A program made the position numbers and the translations under genes. The notes beneath the pieces were generated by a model. The model was given only the letters and a program-made list of their open reading frames with translations, had not been told where the DNA came from and ran no database searches. A DNA stretch of 64,000 bases from a virus: IMG/VR virus record IMGVR_UViG_3300024350_000006, one strand, 5' to 3'. This document shows, in pieces, positions 1-9,444 of this stretch. Positions within the stretch are counted from its first letter, which is position 1. Each line of letters begins with the position of its first letter.

Positions 1-1119
1 ACAACGCAGGTAGCTAGCAAAATAACAGTTGGCACATCTGCTACATCAACCACAACTGGTGCATTACAAGTCACAGGTGGTGTGGGCGTAAGTGGTAACA
101 TCTATGCAGGCGGCACTGCCACCACAGGTGTTGGTGCATTGGTGGCTGGTGTTACAAACACATTGTTAGCTAATACCTCGGCTGGATTTACTGCCAATGT
201 AAACAGCTATGCACAAGTCACGTTCCAAAATAAAAATACCGGTGCTGATGCCACGGCTGATTTTATTCTTACAGCAGATAACGGTTCCGATTCAGTAAAC
301 TACGGTGACTTTGGTATAATTAACTCGGGTTACGATAATGCTACACCCACCAACAGTCTGGGTAACATTGTCTATGCCGCCGACACCTACTTGTATGCAC
401 AGGGCAATGTTTCCAATTCAAGTCAGAGTGGTGGTAACCTTGTAATTGGTACCACCACTCCAGATAAAACAGTCAAGATATTTGCGGGTGGTGCTAATGT
501 AAGTTCTCTAGTGGCCAATATCTCCAACGTGGGCGTTAGCATCACTGGCTCACTGACCACCACGGGAAATATCACCACAGCGAACATAACTGGTACTTCA
601 GCCAATGTAACTATTACAGCCAACAACTTTGTAAGTACTTTTGACACCACGGGCCTAGTCACACTGCCTGGTAACCTCACAGTGAACGGTAGTGGTGGTA
701 TCAAGATGCCCAACCTACCAGCGTTCCGTGTTTATGGTACTGTTAGTACTCAAATTACCGCGAACACTACAGTTAATTCAACACACGGTACCACAGTGGA
801 TTACAACCAAGGCAGTTATTACAATAACACCACGGGCATATTCACTGCCCCCATAGCAGGTTTATATCATTGTTATGCCACATTGCGTGTTGGTACCAAT
901 AATGGTTTGAACCAGGCTAGCATACAGAAAAATTCCAGCAGTTCTGGCGCTAATGTTGTAGCATTCTGGGAAACAGATACCAATACTGGAGTAGCCACAC
1001 ACTTCTCAATGACTGGTTACGCTAAATGCGCAGTGGGTGATACCTTGAGATTGCAAGTAATATCAGGTAATATTAATTTAGACAGCAATGATAACTGGGG
1101 CGTCACCTATATAGGTTAA
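1..1119 (+). CDS. Tail fibre/adhesin with C-terminal C1q-like domain (5' partial; frame open from base 1)
   Basis: G/T/N/S-rich beta repeats; C-terminal PAFRV...DYNQGSYYNNTTGIFTAPIAGLY is a C1q-type motif. Confidence 0.75.
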   Translation, partial: TTQVASKITVGTSATSTTTGALQVTGGVGVSGNIYAGGTATTGVGALVAGVTNTLLANTSAGFTANVNSYAQVTFQNKNTGADATADFILTADNGSDSVNYGDFGIINSGYDNATPTNSLGNIVYAADTYLYAQGNVSNSSQSGGNLVIGTTTPDKTVKIFAGGANVSSLVANISNVGVSITGSLTTTGNITTANITGTSANVTITANNFVSTFDTTGLVTLPGNLTVNGSGGIKMPNLPAFRVYGTVSTQITANTTVNSTHGTTVDYNQGSYYNNTTGIFTAPIAGLYHCYATLRVGTNNGLNQASIQKNSSSSGANVVAFWETDTNTGVATHFSMTGYAKCAVGDTLRLQVISGNINLDSNDNWGVTYIG

Positions 1120-1122
1120 ACA

Positions 1123-1656
1123 ATGACAATAAGAAAACTACATTCAAATAATATAACTGAAAATAGAGCAGATATCGCAACACAATATACCGAACTGTTT
1201 TTTGACGATGTGGCTAATTCTATATTATTGCCTGATCCCACGGGATTATTAGAGACAAAGATAGGTGCTACTAGTTCAGGAACTGGGCTTAAAGGCTTTG
1301 CATCGGGTTATGTAGACGCAGGCACGTTTATTACCCTAGACAATCTTAAGTTTAGTGTAACAACTGGCGGCAATAGAGGCCTGTGTTGTGCTACAGTAAC
1401 AGGTTCAGTGAATCTTATGATCTCTGGAACATTTGGCTACATTAACGGCGTCGGTGGTGGTTCAACTAACGGAGGAACAGCGTACACTTATACCACAACT
1501 CCAAGCGGATCGTGGTTTGGTTGGAGTTTTCCCAATGCAGGTGATGGTGCTGTATATCTAGTTAATGATACTACAAACCAGCGTTTCTATAGAGTCACTA
1601 TGATGATTGGTCCTAGCTATACAAAGAACTTTATCAGTATAGAACGATTAGGTTAA
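1123..1656 (+). CDS. Hypothetical virion/tail-associated protein
   Basis: 177-aa G/T/S-rich ORF inside the fibre cluster. Confidence 0.55.
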   Translation: MTIRKLHSNNITENRADIATQYTELFFDDVANSILLPDPTGLLETKIGATSSGTGLKGFASGYVDAGTFITLDNLKFSVTTGGNRGLCCATVTGSVNLMISGTFGYINGVGGGSTNGGTAYTYTTTPSGSWFGWSFPNAGDGAVYLVNDTTNQRFYRVTMMIGPSYTKNFISIERLG

Positions 1657-1674
1657 AATAAATCAGGTTAAACA

Positions 1675-2460
1675 ATGGATATTAGAGGAGTTAATTTATC
1701 AGGTGTTGCCATACGAGACACCACTGTCAAGGGCACACTGGCTAACCCTGGTGTGTCTGCGCAGGACATCTACAATTCCGGACAGACTAGTTCAGGTTGG
1801 TACTATATAAAAACCAGCACTATGGGTAGTGCACGTCAGGTCTACTGTAATATGACTGACGAGAGTGGCGGCTGGATGCTGATAGCCTACACTCCTGGAT
1901 TCACTGGCACTGGTGTGGCAGGCGTAACTGCTGGCCTGGGTTATCCTAACACCTGGGAGAATGGCGAAGGTACTTTAAACAAACTTCGTGCCAGCACAAT
2001 GGATCTCTGGTACCATAATAGCACGGCACAGTGTTCACAGGTATTAAAGATGGCCAGTACTACGGCGAGTCAAACTCCACTGCTGGCTAGTATGAGTATA
2101 GCCAATAAAGTTATATACACCAATGCCAGTAATTTATCATTAAGTGCGGTGAGTAATTATCCAGCATTTGTAAATAATACCCCAATGACAGGTACCTGGT
2201 ATCCAGTCAAAGGGCATACACAAATGAACACTAGCCTGAGTGTAAATGCACCAGGTGATTGGATATATCAGGCTAACTCCTGGTGGACAGTTTGTGGACC
2301 TAGTACAGAATTGCAAGCTCAGGGTCGTTCGGGTAATGCACAGGGTACTGGTTCCTGGACTAGCCCATCAGCAAACAATCTCTACGGTATGTCTGATGTA
2401 ACCGCTGTCACAAACAGTCTTCGTTCTGACATTAATAGCTACGCAGTCTACATAAAATAA
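1675..2460 (+). CDS. Fibrinogen-C-like domain virion protein
   Basis: SGWYYIK...QVYCNMTDESGGWMLIA fibrinogen-related motif. Confidence 0.7.
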   Translation: MDIRGVNLSGVAIRDTTVKGTLANPGVSAQDIYNSGQTSSGWYYIKTSTMGSARQVYCNMTDESGGWMLIAYTPGFTGTGVAGVTAGLGYPNTWENGEGTLNKLRASTMDLWYHNSTAQCSQVLKMASTTASQTPLLASMSIANKVIYTNASNLSLSAVSNYPAFVNNTPMTGTWYPVKGHTQMNTSLSVNAPGDWIYQANSWWTVCGPSTELQAQGRSGNAQGTGSWTSPSANNLYGMSDVTAVTNSLRSDINSYAVYIK

Positions 2461-2469
2461 TTCAGATAT

Positions 2470-3156
2470 ATGATAATTCAAGGTGTATCATTAACAGGAA
2501 CAAGAGTTGTTGATGCTTCTATTATAACATCTAATCTTGCGATTTGGCTGGACGCTGACAATTCAACCAGCTATCCCGGAACAGGTACCAGCGTCTTTGA
2601 TTTATCTGGTAACGGATATACACATACACTAAGTTCATCAGGAATCTATACCACACTCAGTGGTGTCAAATGTTTTGATTGTTCTAGCACGGGGGAGGTA
2701 TCCGCCGCTGTGACTGGACCAATACTACCCACCACGGGTTTTACCTACATTTGTTGGGGTAGATTGCTAAACAGTACATCGGGCTGGCGAACATTATGGA
2801 GGACCACACCAGATGACCATCCATTATTAATAGAACTAGGGAGTAATCGCCTGGGTATGTACGACAATAACGGTGGTTTGTTTCAGTATTCTGGTTACAC
2901 TGCCACTGGATTAGCAAATATTTGGGTGCAATATGCTGTGACGGGAACTAATACAGCACAAACATTTTACATTAATGGACAGCAGGTGGGAACCACTGCC
3001 TACGGTACTGGTGGAAATCGTCATAATGAATGGGGTAGCACTGGTGGCGGACAACCGTTTGGGTATGTTGCTAATATGTTTTTATATTCTAAGATTCTCA
3101 CACAAGAACAAATACAGCAAAACTATTATGGTTTAAAAGGAAGGTTTGGTGTATAA
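2470..3156 (+). CDS. LamG/concanavalin A-like lectin domain virion protein
   Basis: LAIWLDADNSTSYPGTG...FYINGQ...YSKILTQEQIQQNY. Confidence 0.8.
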   Translation: MIIQGVSLTGTRVVDASIITSNLAIWLDADNSTSYPGTGTSVFDLSGNGYTHTLSSSGIYTTLSGVKCFDCSSTGEVSAAVTGPILPTTGFTYICWGRLLNSTSGWRTLWRTTPDDHPLLIELGSNRLGMYDNNGGLFQYSGYTATGLANIWVQYAVTGTNTAQTFYINGQQVGTTAYGTGGNRHNEWGSTGGGQPFGYVANMFLYSKILTQEQIQQNYYGLKGRFGV

Positions 3157-3161
3157 CTAAT

Positions 3162-3914
3162 ATGATTATTCAAGGAGTAACACTTAACGGAGTAACAGTA
3201 ACTGACACTAGGTATGTGACTGCAAACTTGCAGTATTACCTGGATGCAGGTAAAACCACAAGCTACAGTGGTAGTGGCACTTCTATCAACAACATTGCTA
3301 ACACTGCTATATCTACCAGTACCTTGGCCAATGGCCCTGTGTTCACTTCAGCAGGTAGTAATAGTTATTTTACTTTTGATGGTAGCAATGACACACTTTA
3401 TACACCCAGTATGATAAGCCTATTTAACAGCCCAGTTAATAATAATCTCACCCTGGAGGCCTGGGTTTACACTAGCTCTGATAACGGTGTAGTCGTAACC
3501 GAACAAGGCGCTAGTCCCATTAATAGTGGTTGGCACGACAGCCAGATAGAGATAGTGTCAGGTAATCTAAGAGTTTCAGTATGGACTCCCAGTGGCATAA
3601 GTCCCCTTACCATTGGCGCGGTCACACGAAATCAATGGCAGCAATATGTTTTAACCTACGATTCCGCCACGTCTACTCTACGTGGTTATATAAATGGGTC
3701 AACAACCGCAAGCCTGACTGGAGTTTCAAGAGACAGTCCACAGGAAGGGTTTGCCTCAGAGTTGTACTACGCTTTGATGTGTGCAGACGGAACCAGTCTT
3801 GGTGATGGCAGCTCATTGGCAGGTCGTTGGAGTATATTCCGTGTATATAATCGAGCACTCTCCGCGGCTGAAGTTCTGCAGAACTACAATGCTGAGGTTG
3901 GTAGATATAGTTAG
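3162..3914 (+). CDS. LamG/concanavalin A-like lectin domain virion protein
   Basis: YLDAGKTTSYSGSG...TLEAWV...YING...FRVYNRALSAAEVLQNYNA. Confidence 0.8.
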   Translation: MIIQGVTLNGVTVTDTRYVTANLQYYLDAGKTTSYSGSGTSINNIANTAISTSTLANGPVFTSAGSNSYFTFDGSNDTLYTPSMISLFNSPVNNNLTLEAWVYTSSDNGVVVTEQGASPINSGWHDSQIEIVSGNLRVSVWTPSGISPLTIGAVTRNQWQQYVLTYDSATSTLRGYINGSTTASLTGVSRDSPQEGFASELYYALMCADGTSLGDGSSLAGRWSIFRVYNRALSAAEVLQNYNAEVGRYS

Positions 3915-3990
3915 TTTTGAGTTATAGCAGTACAGCTATATTACCACATATCAGTACCAAATAAATACTAGATAACTAACAAGAGATATA

Positions 3991-6819
3991 ATGGCATTAA
4001 CTCGCCCCACATTTGATCAGACACTGAGCACTAAAATTGAGATCACCGATCCCGTGGTGATGATCAATAAAGGTGGAAACACGGCCCGAGATCTGGGATT
4101 TTTAATTGATCGTAGCTATCTAGCTCAATCCAATGTCGCCATAATTTTTAAACACAGTGATCAAACACTGCACTTTGTAACTACCGACGGAGGTGGGGAC
4201 ACTAACGGTAGTTTTACTATTAATACTAAAGTGGACATCAGCACGGGAAATATTAGTGCAGGTAACCTTAACCTAACAGGAAATATAACCACAGGATCGG
4301 GCACCACTCAGTTTACAGGTAATCTTATTCCCAGTGCCAACATTACCTATGATCTAGGTTCAGCTACCAATCGCTGGCGCGATATCTTTTTAAGTGGCAA
4401 CACTATTAATCTAGGTGGCGCTAGTATTAAAACAGATGCTAGCAGTGGAGCTATTGCCCTTATACCTCCTAGCACTGCGTCTAATCCTAATCCCACAGGT
4501 GTAGTAATTAGTCCAGTAGGTAGTATTACAACGGTGGCCACCACGGGCGGAGAAATATCAGGAAATAATCTAGCTAATGCTGCAAATACAGCAGCCACCA
4601 ACCAGACAACAACGCTATCTAATTTAATCGTTGATGGTAATTTAACTTTTAACAAATACATTGTAGGAAATTTAATACCTAATGTCAATGTTAGTTATAG
4701 TCTAGGTAATAGCACTAATAGATTTAAAGACCTTTGGGTAGCTAATAGTTCAATATATCTAGGTAATATTGTTTTGAGTGCAACTGATACTGCTCTTAAA
4801 ATTAATAATGTAGAAGTTCAAAGTTTATACACACTTAGTAGCATAAACGCTGCAAACATAAGCGGACAGGTGGCAAATGCACTAGTAGCTGGTACAGTTT
4901 ACACCAATGCACAGCCTAATATTACTTCTTTGGGAACACTGGCAAGTCTATCAGTTACTGGTAATATTAGTGCAGGTAACATTAGTGCTACTGGTATAAG
5001 TGGTACACTATCTACTGCAAGTCAGACAAATATAACCGCAGTTGGCACACTGGACAGTTTATCAGTTACTGGTAATATTAGTGCAGGTAACATTAGTGCA
5101 ACTGGCATTTCAGGAACATTATCAACAGCAGCACAAACTAATATAACAAGTGTGGGTACACTCGGTAGTCTTGCTGTAACAGGAAATATTAGTGCAGGTA
5201 ATATTAGTGCAACTGGTATTTCAGGTACACTATCTACTGCAAGTCAAACTAATATAACCGCAGTTGGCACACTGGACAGTTTAATAGTTACCGGAAATAT
5301 AACAAGTAGCACAGGCAATTTTATTGGTAACGGCGCACTGCTTACTGGACTACCAGCTAGCTATGCAAATACCAATGTCGCAAGCTACCTTCCAACGTAC
5401 ACAGGAAATATATCCGCTGGTAATATTAGCGTAACCACAAACGTCAGTGTCACTGGAAATATTAGTGCTAGTTATCTACTAGGTAACGGAAGCCAGTTAA
5501 CTGGTTTATCATCATCATATTCTAACACCAATGTAGCTAGTTATCTACCTACATACTCAGGAAATCTAGGTGGTACATTGACCACGGCATCACAGCCCTA
5601 TATCACTGGGCTGGGTACACTCGGTAGTCTTGCTGTAACAGGAAATATTAGTGCAGGTAATATTAGTGCAACTGGTATTTCAGGTACTTTATCAACAGCA
5701 GCACAAACTAATATAACAAGTGTGGGTACACTAGGTAGTCTATCAGTTACTGGTAATATTAGTGCAGCTAATCTTACAACTACTGCCAATGTATTTGCAA
5801 GTACTTTATATACTACTGACGGTATACGATGGTCTGGCAATGGTAATTTGTTCTCCTCGGGGACTAGTTTAACATTTACGTCATCTACAGCGCCACCGGC
5901 GAGTGGCAACGTCAAAGGTGATAAATGGTATAATACCAGTGATGATACACTATACGAATACATAAACGATGGAACCACTAGTTACTGGGTGGATATACAG
6001 TCTGGACTAATAAATGGAAACGCCAGCGGCACTATTGGCCCAACCACTGTTGATGGCAATCTAACAGTACTAGGAAACCTTATTAGCGTTAATACTGTGG
6101 GTGATATAGTCTCTGTTACAGGTAACGTTACACTAACTTCGACAGCTTTTGGTAAAATACACGTATGCACTGGAACTACAGCAGATTATACTATAATATT
6201 ACCTGCTGCCTCAGGCAACACAGGTAAAATTATTACTTTTCAGATGAGTAACGCTCTAACTAAATTAGTGACACTAGACGGAAACGCCAGTGAAACTATT
6301 GACGGATCGTTAACAAGAATTATGTGGGCTAATGAAGCAGCTACATTATATTGTAATGGCACTAGCTGGACTAAGATTGCCGGGAAGTCTGTTCCTATGA
6401 ATGTTTTATTATATAAAACCGGAGGAAACCAATCAGTGGGCAGTGGTGTAGCTACAAAATTAACTCTAGAAACTTTAGGAGCTAATACTGCACCAGCTGC
6501 AATGTATGATACTTCTTTATCTAGGATAAAAATTGTAAGACCGGGGCTATATAACATAACACATTCAGGTAGAATTACAAACATAAGCACAAGTACTAAT
6601 TCTGAAACACTAGGGTATAAAAATGGATCAGAATATGCAATTACAAGTAGATATATGACAACAGGGGATTGGGGATCTTGTCAATTTTCTATGTTAGTCT
6701 CTGCGGTAGTAAATGACTATTTCGAAACATACGTAAGACAATACTCCGGTGGTAATCAAAATTTTCTAAGTGGGGACTTTATGAACTCTATCTATGCTTA
6801 CGAGACATCTGTATGGTAA
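3991..6819 (+). CDS. Long tail fibre protein
   Basis: 942 aa; DLGSATNRWRDIFLSG fibre motifs, about 37-aa internal repeats; TAAATA promoter at about 3962. Confidence 0.75.
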   Translation: MALTRPTFDQTLSTKIEITDPVVMINKGGNTARDLGFLIDRSYLAQSNVAIIFKHSDQTLHFVTTDGGGDTNGSFTINTKVDISTGNISAGNLNLTGNITTGSGTTQFTGNLIPSANITYDLGSATNRWRDIFLSGNTINLGGASIKTDASSGAIALIPPSTASNPNPTGVVISPVGSITTVATTGGEISGNNLANAANTAATNQTTTLSNLIVDGNLTFNKYIVGNLIPNVNVSYSLGNSTNRFKDLWVANSSIYLGNIVLSATDTALKINNVEVQSLYTLSSINAANISGQVANALVAGTVYTNAQPNITSLGTLASLSVTGNISAGNISATGISGTLSTASQTNITAVGTLDSLSVTGNISAGNISATGISGTLSTAAQTNITSVGTLGSLAVTGNISAGNISATGISGTLSTASQTNITAVGTLDSLIVTGNITSSTGNFIGNGALLTGLPASYANTNVASYLPTYTGNISAGNISVTTNVSVTGNISASYLLGNGSQLTGLSSSYSNTNVASYLPTYSGNLGGTLTTASQPYITGLGTLGSLAVTGNISAGNISATGISGTLSTAAQTNITSVGTLGSLSVTGNISAANLTTTANVFASTLYTTDGIRWSGNGNLFSSGTSLTFTSSTAPPASGNVKGDKWYNTSDDTLYEYINDGTTSYWVDIQSGLINGNASGTIGPTTVDGNLTVLGNLISVNTVGDIVSVTGNVTLTSTAFGKIHVCTGTTADYTIILPAASGNTGKIITFQMSNALTKLVTLDGNASETIDGSLTRIMWANEAATLYCNGTSWTKIAGKSVPMNVLLYKTGGNQSVGSGVATKLTLETLGANTAPAAMYDTSLSRIKIVRPGLYNITHSGRITNISTSTNSETLGYKNGSEYAITSRYMTTGDWGSCQFSMLVSAVVNDYFETYVRQYSGGNQNFLSGDFMNSIYAYETSVW
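4900..5770 (+). repeat. Intragenic ~111-bp (37-aa) repeats TAAQTNITSVGTLGSLAVTGNISAGNISATGISGTLS, plus two SYANTNVASYLPTY units
   Basis: Near-identical units visible in both DNA and protein. Confidence 0.85.
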
Positions 6820-6847
6820 ACTACACTAAAATATTTTAGGATAAAAA

Positions 6848-7276
6848 ATGGCATTTCCAACAGCACCAACTAATGGGCAAACTGCTACAGTTAATGGTAT
6901 ACTCTATGCCTATAATTCTACCACTAATTCCTGGAAGAGGCAGCTCTTATCTAATCTATCGGTAACTGGAATTTCGGGCACTAGTATAACAGTAACTGGC
7001 AATGCCACAGTGGCTAATTTAAATTTAACAGGAAATCTAGTTGACACTGGCGCACTATCAATAATTACAGGGGCCAGTGGCAACGTAACGCTAGCACCTA
7101 ATGGTACCAGCGTGTTGGTTACTACAACTACTGGTGCTAACGTAACAGGTACATTTAACGCAACTGGTAATATTACGGGAAACGTCTTTTTAGGTAATGG
7201 AAGTCAGTTAACAGGTATTGCAACAGGGGCTAGCAATGCTAGAGCTGTTGGTTTTAGTTTAGTCTTTGGAGGATAA
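6848..7276 (+). CDS. Tail-fibre-associated protein
   Basis: MAFPTAPTNGQ start, GNGSQLTG repeat, ends LVFGG. Confidence 0.6.
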   Translation: MAFPTAPTNGQTATVNGILYAYNSTTNSWKRQLLSNLSVTGISGTSITVTGNATVANLNLTGNLVDTGALSIITGASGNVTLAPNGTSVLVTTTTGANVTGTFNATGNITGNVFLGNGSQLTGIATGASNARAVGFSLVFGG

Positions 7277-7279
7277 AAA

Positions 7280-7651
7280 ATGGCAGCACCAAATTTAATC
7301 GGCGCAGCAACTATAAATGGAAAAACAACCGGTGCTAATCTTAGTACAACCGCAGCAACTTCAATATTGAGTAATGCTGCTAACTCAGGTAAGTGTTTAA
7401 AAATAAACACATTAAACGCAGCAAACTTTACTGCTACAGCAGCTAACATATCTATCAATTTTAATACAGCAGCAGCACTAGCTGGTACTAATTTACCAAT
7501 TGCTAACACACTTACAGTGCCAGCTTATAGTACTTTGTCCATCATTGATAAAAGTACCCAATATTACTTGGAGGAAAATCAAAGCATAGGGGCAACAGCA
7601 GGTACATCTAATGCTATCACAATAACAATAAGCTATGAGGATATAAGCTAA
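7280..7651 (+). CDS. Small virion structural protein
   Basis: MAAPNL...ISYEDIS; coupled in the fibre operon. Confidence 0.55.
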   Translation: MAAPNLIGAATINGKTTGANLSTTAATSILSNAANSGKCLKINTLNAANFTATAANISINFNTAAALAGTNLPIANTLTVPAYSTLSIIDKSTQYYLEENQSIGATAGTSNAITITISYEDIS

Positions 7652-8598
7652 TGGGGAAAAGGTATCGCGGCGGATTGATGTCAGCAACAGTAGTTGCGCC
7701 TTCATCTACCTCGGCGCCATATAAATGGAATCTAGCCGAGGCTGCTCAGCAAAAAACTTCTGGCGCTTGGCCTGGTGGTAGTATCACTGTAGAGTGGTTG
7801 ATAGTGGCTGGTGGTGGCGGTGGCGGGGTTTTTATTGGCGGTGGCGGTGGCGCAGGTGGTATGCGAACTGGTACTGATACCTTGGTAACTGGTACAGCCT
7901 ACACAGTCACAGTGGGTGCAGGGGCTGGGTCACAGGGCACAGGTAGTAACTCAGTGTTTGGTGCATATACTGCCAATGGTGGTGGTAACGGTGGTAGAGC
8001 AGATGCTGCACCAGGTGCTGGTGCGGGTGGTTCAGGCGGTGGTGGTGCAGGACCCAACAACACAGGTGGCGCGGCTGGTAATACACCTGCAACATCTCCT
8101 AGCCAGGGTGCCAGTGGTGGTAGTGGTGGTGGATCAGGTGGCGGCGGTCGAGCTGCTGGTGGTGGTGGAGGTGGTGGCGGAGCATCTGGAACCACAGGAT
8201 CAAATTGGGTAAATGGCACAACTGGTGGTACTGGTGGCGCCGGCACATTATCTTCTATTACGGGCGTAAGTACAAGATACGCAGGTGGTGGTAGTGGTGG
8301 CGCTGACGGTGGTGGCGGTACTGTGACTGGTGGTTCCGGTGGCGGCGGTGATGGTAAAGGCAGTGCGGCTGGTGGAAATGGAACTGCTAACCTAGGTGGC
8401 GGTGGTGGTGGTGCTGGCGCTCCAGCATCAAGTGGGGGAAGTGGGGGATCTGGTGTGGTAATCATAGCCTATCCTTCTTCAGGACCCAATCTATCCACGA
8501 TCGGTGCTGGACTAACTTGGACACTGGACAACGGTGTTACTAGATCAGGCTACAAAGTTTATAGATTTACAGCAGGAACAGGCACAATTACTTGGTGA
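7651..8598 (+). CDS. Glycine-rich virion protein
   Basis: EWLIVAGGGGGG...GGSGVVIIAYP...YKVYRFTAGTGTITW. Confidence 0.75.
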   Translation: MGKRYRGGLMSATVVAPSSTSAPYKWNLAEAAQQKTSGAWPGGSITVEWLIVAGGGGGGVFIGGGGGAGGMRTGTDTLVTGTAYTVTVGAGAGSQGTGSNSVFGAYTANGGGNGGRADAAPGAGAGGSGGGGAGPNNTGGAAGNTPATSPSQGASGGSGGGSGGGGRAAGGGGGGGGASGTTGSNWVNGTTGGTGGAGTLSSITGVSTRYAGGGSGGADGGGGTVTGGSGGGGDGKGSAAGGNGTANLGGGGGGAGAPASSGGSGGSGVVIIAYPSSGPNLSTIGAGLTWTLDNGVTRSGYKVYRFTAGTGTITW

Positions 8599-8604
8599 TA
8601 ATCA

Positions 8605-8976
8605 ATGGCACATTACGCATTTCTAGATGAAAATTATGTTGTAACAGAAGTTATAACAGGAAAAGACGAAGATGAAGGTCTTTATGACTGGGAAAAGTTT
8701 TATGCAAGTGAACGTGGTCAGATGTGTAAACGTACCAGTTATAATACCTGGGGCGGGCAGCACAAAGAAGGAGGCACTCCTTTTCGTAAAAATTATGCAA
8801 TTATAGGCGGTATCTATGACCCAGATCGTGATGCATTTATACCTCCACGTGATTTTCCAAGCTGGATTTTAAATGAAACAACCTGCCTCTGGGAAGCACC
8901 AGTTCCTTATCCCAATGATGGCCAGACTTATTTTTGGAACGAGCAAGATCAGATCTGGTCTATTAGGTTAGGTTAA
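8605..8976 (+). CDS. Hypothetical protein (paralog of 9000-9365; possible fibre accessory)
   Basis: MAHYA...TSYN...FRKNYA...RDAFIPP...WEAPVPYP. Confidence 0.7.
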   Translation: MAHYAFLDENYVVTEVITGKDEDEGLYDWEKFYASERGQMCKRTSYNTWGGQHKEGGTPFRKNYAIIGGIYDPDRDAFIPPRDFPSWILNETTCLWEAPVPYPNDGQTYFWNEQDQIWSIRLG

Positions 8977-8999
8977 CATATTAATAATAGGAAAATACA

Positions 9000-9365
9000 A
9001 TGGCACATTTTGCTAAAATTGGTATTGACAACATTGTGCTAGAAGTGCTGGTTGTCAATAATATAGATACAATGACTCCGCAGGGAGAAGAACGAGAAGA
9101 AATTGGTGTAGAGTTTTTACGAAAATTAACTGGACACGAATCCTGGAAGCAAACTTCTTATAATGGAAATTTTAGAAAAAACTATGCTGGAGTTGGTTAC
9201 ACTTATGACTCGGCCCGCAATGCATTTATTCCACCAAAAAATTTCCCAAGCTGGGTGTTAAATGAAGATACGTGTCGTTGGGAAGCACCAGTACCTTATC
9301 CTAATGATGGATCGCCCTATTACTGGAACGAGCAAGATCAGATCTGGTCACCTAGACTGGATTAA
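9000..9365 (+). CDS. Hypothetical protein (paralog of 8605-8976)
   Basis: MAHFA...QTSYN...FRKNYAG...NAFIPP...WEAPVPYP. Confidence 0.7.
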   Translation: MAHFAKIGIDNIVLEVLVVNNIDTMTPQGEEREEIGVEFLRKLTGHESWKQTSYNGNFRKNYAGVGYTYDSARNAFIPPKNFPSWVLNEDTCRWEAPVPYPNDGSPYYWNEQDQIWSPRLD

Positions 9366-9374
9366 CCGTTTGTC

Positions 9375-9438
9375 TTGACAGAAACTGGCTGAATAGCATA
9401 CTATATGCTTATTCTACCAGTTTTTTTACCTATAAATA
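9375..9438 (+). promoter_or_regulatory. Sigma70-like promoter (TTGACA...TACTAT) followed by T4-type late promoter TATAAATA
   Basis: ttgaca at 9375, tataaata at 9431. Confidence 0.6.
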
Positions 9439-9444
9439 ATTTCT

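Noticed and set aside
7899-8465. Proline-rich minus-strand ORF
   Set aside because: It is the antisense of GGT glycine codons in 7651-8598; the same applies to most nested antisense ORFs in the track.
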